Assembly: GCF_001598795.1 (NCBI RefSeq)
Contig: NZ_BCZP01000051.1
Coordinates: 1-10,085, forward strand
Source of the DNA: Delftia acidovorans NBRC 14950
Lineage (GTDB): Bacteria > Pseudomonadota > Gammaproteobacteria > Burkholderiales > Burkholderiaceae_C
DNA: 10,085 bases
Reading direction: 5' to 3'
Each line of letters opens with the position of its first letter. The first letter of the stretch is position 1. The notes beneath the pieces were generated by a model, which was not told the origin of the DNA, did no database searches, and saw nothing but the letters and a program-made list of their open reading frames with translations. A program made the position numbers and the translations under genes. Below are positions 1 to 4,764 of the stretch, one piece after another.

Positions 1-120
1 CTTGCTGGCGTGCTGGGCTGCCAGTGCGTGGGCGTCGGCCAGCGCGAAGGCGTGGCGCAGCGCGTAGTGCCAGTCGCTGGCCCAGTGGTGGTCGCTGTCA
101 ACGGTGGCAGATGACGACAT
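1..120 (-). CDS. hypothetical early-left phage protein, N-terminal part only (gene runs off the left edge)
   Basis: ATG at 120 on the minus strand with GGAG 9 nt upstream. The frame is open to position 1 (MSSSATVDSDHHWASDWHYALRHAFALADAHALAAQHASK...). Third codon positions are almost all G/C. It overlaps the end of the upstream gene by 23 nt. No family recognised. Confidence 0.45.
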   Translation of the reverse strand, partial: MSSSATVDSDHHWASDWHYALRHAFALADAHALAAQHASK

Positions 121-226
121 AGGGCCGGTCTCCGAATTGCTCCTGTGCCCAGGTGCATGCGTCTTGCGTGCAGGCGCCGACGAATTGCTGCTGCGTGCAG
201 CCGCATTTGATGGTGAAAGTGCGCAT
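98..226 (-). CDS. small Cys-rich hypothetical protein (42 aa)
   Basis: This is an internal Met of track ORF 98..421(-): MRTFTIKCGCTQQQFVGACTQDACTWAQEQFGDRPYVVICHR. GGAG lies 4 nt upstream of the ATG at 226, which sits 13 nt after the stop of the upstream gene. GC3 is high. Five Cys plus one His suggest metal binding (inference). Confidence 0.45.
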   Translation of the reverse strand: MRTFTIKCGCTQQQFVGACTQDACTWAQEQFGDRPYVVICHR

Positions 227-239
227 GTGACTCCAGTGA

Positions 240-473
240 TCAGAGGGATGGCAGTTCCAGCGGGATCTGCTGGAGCTTGGTTGAGGCGGGCGCATCAGCC
301 GCACTGGCCTTGCGGCTGCGGCGCTTGGGTGGAGTGGCAGCAGCTGCAGCGCTGGCCAGCTGCTCGCGCGCCCTGGCGAAGGTCTGGGCCACGTTGGTGT
401 GTTCGCTGCGACGGTAGACAAAGGCCTGATCGGTGATCGGCGTGGAGGTGCGGGTGATGCGGGCGAGTTGCAT
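240..473 (-). CDS. hypothetical early-left phage protein (77 aa)
   Basis: This is an internal Met of track ORF 240..593(-): MQLARITRTSTPITDQAFVYRRSEHTNVAQTFARAREQLASAAAAATPPKRRSRK.... GGAG lies 6 nt upstream of the ATG at 473. GC3 is very high. No family recognised. Confidence 0.6.
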   Translation of the reverse strand: MQLARITRTSTPITDQAFVYRRSEHTNVAQTFARAREQLASAAAAATPPKRRSRKASAADAPASTKLQQIPLELPSL

Positions 474-490
474 GTGGGTCTCCGGCATGC

Positions 491-516
491 AAACGGCCCG
501 CTCAGTGGCGGGCCGT
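491..516 (-). other. 10-bp perfect stem-loop overlapping the stop codon of the 502..753 gene
   Basis: AACGGCCCGC-TCAGTG-GCGGGCCGTT. On the minus strand it is followed by TGCATGCC, with no real U-tract. It is therefore more likely an attenuator or RNA-stability hairpin than a canonical intrinsic terminator. Confidence 0.4.
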
Positions 517-753
517 TGGTTGGTCAAAGAAGGTGGTGCCGCACCAGGCGTAGAGCAGCATTCCGCTGTGCCGGGCCTCGTCCAGTGCCGCATATCCCGC
601 GTTGGTCAGCAGCGCGCATGCGCTCCAGATCAGGGGTTCGCCGGCGCCCTCGCGTTCCATCACGGCGCCTTCGGCCAGGTCGCGGAAGTAGGTGGCCAGC
701 CAGAACGGGCCGGCAGGGGTTGGCGGCGGTGTCTCGGGATACGGCGGGCTCAT
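502..753 (-). CDS. hypothetical phage protein, paralogue B of a tandem pair (83 aa)
   Basis: This is an internal Met of track ORF 502..855(-): MSPPYPETPPPTPAGPFWLATYFRDLAEGAVM...ARHSGMLLYAWCGTTFFDQPTARH. Its ATG overlaps the TGA of the upstream gene as ATGA (750-753). It shares the FWLxxYxxDLAE and SG(L/M)LLYAW(P/C)GTTFFD motifs with the 750..1091 product. Confidence 0.65.
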   Translation of the reverse strand: MSPPYPETPPPTPAGPFWLATYFRDLAEGAVMEREGAGEPLIWSACALLTNAGYAALDEARHSGMLLYAWCGTTFFDQPTARH

Positions 754-1091
754 TGGTGCTGCGTGCCCGCGTCGAAAAACGTGGTGCCGGGCCAGGCATA
801 GAGCAACAGGCCCGAATCCCTGGTGTGTCGGGCTGATTGAGCCATCTTGTCCCAAAGCTGGATCGATGCGCTATTGGCGGCCATTTCGGTGATGCGATCC
901 ACTTTGGGCCCTTTGGTTGTGTTGAGCTTGTCGTAGAGCGCTTTCATGGCAACTTGCTCCGCGAGGTCGATCAAATAGGCGGAAAGCCAGAAGTTGGGAT
1001 GACTGGTTTCAAGCCAATCCGGATAGGCCATGCATAGGTGTTCGGCCTTCGGTTTGCGAAGTGGGCGACGCGATGGGGTGGCGTTTGCCAT
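750..1091 (-). CDS. hypothetical phage protein, paralogue A of a tandem pair (113 aa)
   Basis: This is an internal Met of track ORF 750..1220(-): MANATPSRRPLRKPKAEHLCMAYPDWLETSHPNFWLSAYLIDLAEQVAM...RDSGLLLYAWPGTTFFDAGTQHQ. GGAG lies 7 nt upstream of the ATG at 1091. An alternative start is the ATG at 1031 (MAYPDW...), which aligns with the start of paralogue B. Confidence 0.65.
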   Translation of the reverse strand: MANATPSRRPLRKPKAEHLCMAYPDWLETSHPNFWLSAYLIDLAEQVAMKALYDKLNTTKGPKVDRITEMAANSASIQLWDKMAQSARHTRDSGLLLYAWPGTTFFDAGTQHQ

Positions 1092-1342
1092 GGCAGATCT
1101 CCAGTGGTGGGCGAGACGAATAAAAAGGCCGGTGCCGCGTGGCGGCTGCGTGGGCGAGATGGCTGGTGGTTGCGAAGTGAGAAGCCCAGGCCCGGCGAAA
1201 AGATGGCTTGAGGTGATCAAAAACTAGCTGATGCGTGCGCTGCATTGCATTTGGACTTCTTACGGTTCCAACTACACGCGGGAGGGCTGGTCGTGGGTAT
1301 CGCCTCTATCGAGGTTGAGCGCGCGCGACGGCGACAAGGGTC

Positions 1343-1723
1343 ATGACCACAAAGGAATGGATTGAGATAAGCATCCAGCTCGCATCGTTGATTGCCACGG
1401 CCTGGGTTGGCGTGAGTTCAATCAAGCTGCAACGAACCCAGATCAGCGCCGCCAAGGCCGCAGAGCAAGCGGCGGAGACGCCTACGATCCAGAGATGGAA
1501 GTGGTTCAAATCACGTGCTGGTGGTTTCGCGTTCATGTGGCTCCCGTCTGTCGCATGGTTGGTCTATGCAAGCGTGCAGGCAGCGCCTGTCACCCGTTTC
1601 ACGTTGCTCCAGTTCTCGCTGCTAACCATCTGGTTCCTGGCTTACGCGGAGATGGTTGTGGTCTTTGCGTTTGCTGCAGCGCTATCACCCCTGCGGTTCT
1701 TGCAAGAGGCCTCGCCGAAGTAG
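1343..1723 (+). CDS. small multi-pass membrane protein (126 aa), function unknown
   Basis: The ATG at 1343 is preceded by AAGGG. Three hydrophobic stretches are present: IEISIQLASLIATAWVGVSSI, GGFAFMWLPSVAWLVYASVQAA and FTLLQFSLLTIWFLAYAEMVVVFAFAAAL. GC3 is about 70 percent by eye, higher than the antisense ORF 1306..1536. Confidence 0.6.
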   Translation: MTTKEWIEISIQLASLIATAWVGVSSIKLQRTQISAAKAAEQAAETPTIQRWKWFKSRAGGFAFMWLPSVAWLVYASVQAAPVTRFTLLQFSLLTIWFLAYAEMVVVFAFAAALSPLRFLQEASPK

Positions 1724-1803
1724 GCGAAAAGAAGGCCGCATGTGCATCCAAAGGCGGGTGCTTGAGAGGGCGGATGCGCGGCGTCAAACCGAAGCGCCCT
1801 GCA

Positions 1804-1822
1804 ACCCAAGACGCTTGGGTTT
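1804..1822 (+). terminator. weak hairpin downstream of the membrane-protein gene
   Basis: ACCCAAG-ACG-CTTGGGT followed by only TT. The stem is short and the tail is poor. Confidence 0.25.
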
Positions 1823-1831
1823 GGGCAAGCA

Positions 1832-1860
1832 GTAAAGAAAAAGCCCGCAGAAGCGGGCTT
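1832..1860 (-). terminator. rho-independent terminator of the nuclease-fold gene
   Basis: On the minus strand the sequence reads AAGCCCGC-TTCT-GCGGGCTT followed by TTTTCTTTACT. It begins 24 nt after the stop codon at 1884. Confidence 0.75.
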
Positions 1861-1883
1861 GATCGACTTATCGAGAGACGTAG

Positions 1884-3041
1884 TTACTCAGACTTGCGCT
1901 TGAAGTTTTCGTCGTTTTTGCAGAAGAGAAGCGTGTCGTTGATGATGCCTGCCAAGCGCAGGAGGTTTTCTGGTTTTTCCAGCACGACTGTATCGCCAGC
2001 TCCCATGGTCATGCGCGCGCGATTGATTTCTTCTTTGTGTGCCGCCGACAATGTGATGCCAAATTGCACCGTGGGTGTTTTCTTGTCGCCCCAGTACCGG
2101 ACAAGCCAGCGATTCGTTTTTCCTTGGTACAGGACCGCGTAGTAGCTCTCTGTGTCGCGCCCCTGCAGATCTTCGCCTGGAAGCAGATCGGCGATGGTGT
2201 CGAACAGCTTTCGTTCATTTGCTGTCGTGACAATCTTGGGGTTTATTGGGTCCACTATCGGTGCGTCTGGATCCTGGATCTCCGCGAGGATGACCGGATC
2301 GGGGGCGGGATCAGGCGTCTTGTTGAGCGATGTAGCCACCAGGGCGCTTACGGAGTGGGCCAGCGCTTGCTTGACGATGGGCTGCATCTGTTCTAGGAAG
2401 CGAGCCGTGAACGTCCTCTGGATGTTGGCCCTGCCGGCAACATAGCGCACAAAGTCCGTGTCACATTCTTTGAGTATGTCGCCGATGGTGTCTCGGAATG
2501 CGCTCAGATAGATGCTCTCTTCGGCGAGCGCGCGGAGGGCGTCGGGTTGAAACTGGTCATGATGGAAGCGCAGCAGCTGCTCTGCAGCATCGTCGGTGGG
2601 CTTGTCCAGATGCAAGGTCAAGAACGGCTTGTCGTCCATGATGTTCTTGTTCACGAGGTCGGTGAAAAACCTCCACTCCCTGCCGTTCGTGATGGCCGAA
2701 ATGGCCACTTCAGGCGTAGCGTTGTAATAGCGGGACAGCTGTGGGCAATGGTTGTTCAGGTTCTGACTGCAAGCCTTTGCCTCAATGAACATGACGGGGA
2801 GGCCGTTAGAGAAGAGTGCGTAATCCACGCGCTCCCCTGCCTTTGCTCCCGGAAAGTCTGCAATGTGCTCAGCCCGAACCTTGGTTGGGTCGAATGCACT
2901 GAATCCAAGAATGTCAAGTAGTGGAAGTATGAGTGCCTGCTTTGTCGTTTCTTCTGTGGTACAGAACTCCGAAACCTTCTTTATGTGCTCTGTGTGCGCC
3001 AAAACGCGCTGTTTAAATGCTTCCACCCTGTCTACTCCCAT
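1884..3041 (-). CDS. HsdR-N-terminal-like (PD-(D/E)xK nuclease fold) domain protein with an uncharacterised C-terminal module; candidate phage-borne defence or exclusion factor
   Basis: The long ORF is 1884..3068(-). The N-terminal region is ...TEETTKQALILPLLDILGFSAFDPTKVRAEH...GERVDYALFSNGLPVMFIEAKA...QLSRYYNATPEVAISAITNGREWRFFTD. It matches my memory of the 'type I restriction enzyme R protein N terminus' (HSDR_N-type) domain, with a D...E-x-K core (VDY / IEAK). A Pro/Asp-rich linker (PDPAPDPV...DPDAPIVDP) follows, then a C-terminal module of about 100 aa (RDTESYYAVLYQGKTNRWLVRYWGDKK...). The start is uncertain: ATG 3041 (chosen), TTG 3068, or GTG 3026 (GGGAG 8 nt upstream). None has a strong SD. 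The gene is markedly more AT-rich than its flanks. Confidence 0.85.
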   Translation of the reverse strand: MGVDRVEAFKQRVLAHTEHIKKVSEFCTTEETTKQALILPLLDILGFSAFDPTKVRAEHIADFPGAKAGERVDYALFSNGLPVMFIEAKACSQNLNNHCPQLSRYYNATPEVAISAITNGREWRFFTDLVNKNIMDDKPFLTLHLDKPTDDAAEQLLRFHHDQFQPDALRALAEESIYLSAFRDTIGDILKECDTDFVRYVAGRANIQRTFTARFLEQMQPIVKQALAHSVSALVATSLNKTPDPAPDPVILAEIQDPDAPIVDPINPKIVTTANERKLFDTIADLLPGEDLQGRDTESYYAVLYQGKTNRWLVRYWGDKKTPTVQFGITLSAAHKEEINRARMTMGAGDTVVLEKPENLLRLAGIINDTLLFCKNDENFKRKSE

Positions 3042-3105
3042 TGAAATGAAATGCAACGATCGTAGCAAAACAATTAATGCAAAGAGGAAATGACGTGGAA
3101 TGAGT

Positions 3106-3139
3106 GGAGGCCTCTTTGCAGCCCTGCGCGGAGGCCTCC
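3106..3139. other. composite perfect stem-loop built on the self-complementary decamer GGAGGCCTCC
   Basis: GGAGGCCTC (3106-3114) pairs with GAGGCCTCC (3131-3139). The inner stem is GCAG-CC-CTGC (3118-3127). There is no U-tract on either strand. It lies in the 5' region upstream of the nuclease-fold gene. On the minus strand it contains AAGGAGG with no start codon at a usable distance. Confidence 0.5.
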
Positions 3140-3175
3140 TTCAGTCGTTACCGCGCCACGACTGATGGGCGCCAC

Positions 3176-3204
3176 TTGATAGTGGGCAAGCCCTGTAGCG
3201 TCAA
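3176..3204 (-). promoter_or_regulatory. candidate sigma70-type promoter that could drive the nuclease-fold gene independently of PL
   Basis: Minus strand: TTGACG (3204-3199), 17 nt spacer, TATCAA (3181-3176). This is a motif match only. Confidence 0.3.
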
Positions 3205-3320
3205 CACGCGCCACGCAGCGCGCTCGACCAGGGAGGGCCAGATTTCGCGCACTTCCTGGTCTGCAGGCGCGGGGTCGGGTGCAGGGCGCTTTCTACAAAG
3301 TGGCGCCTTGGGTATCCAGC

Positions 3321-3355
3321 AACAGAGAGAAAGACCGAGGGACGTGCCCTCGGTC
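3321..3355 (-). terminator. intrinsic terminator about 40-70 nt downstream of the PL-like promoter
   Basis: Minus strand: GACCGAGGG-CACGT-CCCTCGGTC, a perfect 9-bp stem, followed by TTTCTCTCTGTT. Confidence 0.6.
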
Positions 3356-3399
3356 GATGCCGTGGTGCCCGGCGCTGCCGGTTGGGGCGGCGCCGGATG

Positions 3400-3429
3400 A
3401 TTGTAAACACGTTTACATAAACGGTGCAA
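3400..3429 (-). promoter_or_regulatory. PL-like leftward early promoter with embedded operator
   Basis: Minus strand: TTGCAC (3429-3424), 18 nt spacer, TACAAT (3405-3400). The -10 hexamer is the outer half of the TGTAAACACGTTTACA palindrome. The module is near-identical in layout to the promoter in front of the cro-like gene. Confidence 0.6.
3402..3417. promoter_or_regulatory. repressor operator (OL-type), TGTAAAC-AC-GTTTACA
   Basis: 7+7 bp perfect inverted repeat. The same half-sites occur in the perfect 18-bp palindrome at 4123-4140. Confidence 0.65.
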
Positions 3430-3434
3430 ATGAT

Positions 3435-3452
3435 TTGTAGATGAATTTACAA
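3435..3452. promoter_or_regulatory. second, degenerate operator-like site
   Basis: TTGTAGATGAATTTACAA matches TTGTAAACATGTTTACAA at 13 of 18 positions. The outer TTGTA...TACAA arms are conserved. Its centre is 34 bp from the 3402-3417 site. Confidence 0.4.
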
Positions 3453-3673
3453 AATCGGATTTTCCCAATCCAAAAAAATTCCCTTGTGAAGCGTGTTGGG
3501 GTGCGGCTATGATTCAGATATGTATGGAAACACAGTACTCTCGAGCGAGGCTGAAGAGCGAACGCTCGTCAGAGTACGCGGCGCGAACGAGGCCGAAGTG
3601 GGGGTCGAAGTGTGTTTGAGCGAACTGACGCGCCAGGGCGTGAAGGCCCTAATTTTCCCCAACGAGGAACTGC

Positions 3674-4078
3674 TTAGGACTTGGCGGCTGCGTCTTGCAG
3701 CACTTGCATGATGGCAGTGCTGGCAGCGTTGAAAGCTTTTGCGCGACTCAGCTTGTCGGACTGCGAGATCATGTCGAAGAGCACCGCCAACTCTACTGCA
3801 GCCGGGGATAGTTCTGTGGGAGCGTTGATCGCTGGCGGCTGGTCCATCTGGCCTTCACCGGTCAGTAGCCATCTCGAATTCACCTTGAGATAGGCGGCAA
3901 CTTTTTCATGCGCCTCGGTGCGCAGCTTTTGGTCCCGCCCCTTGGCGTTCGTCAGGATCATGCCAATGTTCTGAACGGACGTGCCTGCCGCGGCAGCAAC
4001 GTCCTTACGCTCGATCTCACGCCCAAGCGCCTCTGATCGCTTCTGCATGGCTTGTAGTAGGCGTTCCCCATAGAGCAT
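3674..4078 (-). CDS. cI-like phage repressor, HTH (XRE/Cro-C1 type), 134 aa, no S24 peptidase domain
   Basis: MLYGERLLQAMQKRSEALGREIERKDVAAAAGTSVQNIGMILTNAKG...VAAYLKVNSRWLLTGEG is a typical HTH followed by the WLLTGEG motif. AAGGTG lies 4 nt upstream of the ATG at 4078. The gene is divergent from a cro-like gene, and palindromic operators lie between them. Confidence 0.85.
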   Translation of the reverse strand: MLYGERLLQAMQKRSEALGREIERKDVAAAAGTSVQNIGMILTNAKGRDQKLRTEAHEKVAAYLKVNSRWLLTGEGQMDQPPAINAPTELSPAAVELAVLFDMISQSDKLSRAKAFNAASTAIMQVLQDAAAKS

Positions 4079-4099
4079 GGCGCACCTTAATCCCTAATA

Positions 4100-4115
4100 T
4101 GTAAATTTGGTTGCC
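4100..4115. promoter_or_regulatory. degenerate operator-like site in the cI/cro intergenic region
   Basis: TGTAAATTTGGTTGCC matches the TGTAAACATGTTTACA core at 11 of 16 positions. Its centre is 24 bp from the perfect operator. Confidence 0.3.
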
Positions 4116-4141
4116 TCAGTTCTTGTAAACATGTTTACAAT
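4111..4141 (+). promoter_or_regulatory. PR-like rightward early promoter
   Basis: TTGCCT (4111-4116), 19 nt spacer, TACAAT (4136-4141). The -10 hexamer is embedded in the operator palindrome. It ends 5 nt before the ATG of the cro-like gene, which implies a leaderless or near-leaderless mRNA. Confidence 0.55.
4123..4140. promoter_or_regulatory. repressor operator (OR-type), perfect 18-bp palindrome TTGTAAACATGTTTACAA
   Basis: Perfect dyad symmetry. It lies between the divergent cI-like and cro-like genes and overlaps the -10 of the rightward promoter. Confidence 0.8.
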
Positions 4142-4146
4142 GAGGT

Positions 4147-4359
4147 ATGAAAAAAGATCACGCTATAGCGCTGCTGGGCGGTACGGCCAGGAAGGCCGCT
4201 GAAGCGATGGGCTATCGCGCAGTTCAAACCATCTACTTGTGGCCCGACGAACTGCCACAGGCGACCGCCGATCGTGTGATGGGCGCTGCCGCGCGGATCT
4301 CAAAGTCGGTAAGTGAAGGGTTGCCAACGTTCAGCAACCAGGAGGTGGCCCATGGCTGA
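4147..4359 (+). CDS. Cro / YdaS-like DNA-binding protein (70 aa)
   Basis: MKKDHAIALLGGTARKAAEAMGYRAVQTIYLWPDELPQATADRVMGAA... resembles the prophage Cro/YdaS family pattern (AI..LGG...A..LG....V..W......P...A). It is the first gene divergent from the repressor. Confidence 0.8.
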   Translation: MKKDHAIALLGGTARKAAEAMGYRAVQTIYLWPDELPQATADRVMGAAARISKSVSEGLPTFSNQEVAHG

Positions 4360-4579
4360 GATCCGCTCCCATCTCGATCACTACGCACCGGCCTCGTTGC
4401 GCGGTGTGACAGCTGTCAAAGACGGCTGGATCTGCATGTCGTTCAGCCAGGCAGGGCAGGTGGTTCGATTGCGTCTGCCCGTTGAAGATGCCCGGCATTT
4501 GGCCGGCTTCGTCGGCCCGTTCGGTTCCCAGTTGTCGGGTGAATCCTGCCGCGCCACCGATTTGACGGAGGGGCTGTGA
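4352..4579 (+). CDS. hypothetical early protein (75 aa)
   Basis: This is an internal Met of track ORF 4313..4579. AGGAGG lies 6 nt upstream of the ATG at 4352. It overlaps the cro-like stop by 8 nt (ATGGCTGA). GC3 is about 75 percent by eye. Confidence 0.65.
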   Translation: MAEIRSHLDHYAPASLRGVTAVKDGWICMSFSQAGQVVRLRLPVEDARHLAGFVGPFGSQLSGESCRATDLTEGL

Positions 4580-4764
4580 TGCGTGCCTATATTTGGTTTT
4601 CCCTGGTGATCTGCGCTCTTTGTGTATGCGGTCGGGCTATTTGGCTGGCACGCGGAGAGTTCCCTCGGCGCACGGCTGGCCAGGCCGTAGTGGATCTGAT
4701 TTTTGATTTGGTGATGGCTGGCTGGGCTCTGGGTTTGCTGCTGCAAGGAGGTGCCCATGCTTGA
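4579..4764 (+). CDS. small two-helix membrane protein (61 aa)
   Basis: MRAYIWFSLVICALCVCGRAIWLARGEFPRRTAGQAVVDLIFDLVMAGWALGLLLQGG. GGAGG lies 7 nt upstream. The ATG overlaps the preceding TGA (TGATG). GC3 is only moderate. Confidence 0.5.
   Translation: MRAYIWFSLVICALCVCGRAIWLARGEFPRRTAGQAVVDLIFDLVMAGWALGLLLQGGAHA

Noticed and set aside
1306-1536. 76-aa minus-strand ORF antisense to the membrane-protein gene
   Set aside because: It is shorter, lacks an SD, and would leave 1537-1830 empty. The plus-strand 126-aa frame has better GC3, an AAGGG pre-start and coherent transmembrane segments.
2268-2320. Cluster of four GATC sites within about 50 bp inside the nuclease-fold gene
   Set aside because: It coincides with the codons of the Pro/Asp-rich linker (GAT-CC/GGA-TC), so the coding sequence explains it. 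There is no evidence for Dam or SeqA relevance in this host type.
3104-3468. ORFs 3148..3468(-), 3201..3410(-) and 3104..3400(+) in the GC-rich leader
   Set aside because: The products are Pro/Ala/Arg-rich. The 106-aa minus ORF starts upstream of, and reads through, the operator and promoter, and it contains the intrinsic terminator. None has an SD. The C-terminal part of the 106-aa frame (EVREIWPSLVERAAWRVLTLQGLPTIKW, GC3 about 70 percent) might be a remnant of a disrupted gene, but I cannot support that without homology searches.
3493-3711. 72-aa plus-strand ORF convergent with the repressor gene
   Set aside because: It has a GTG start without an SD, moderate GC3, and overlaps the cI-like 3' end by 38 nt. 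The region is discussed as a possible ncRNA or micro-ORF gap instead.
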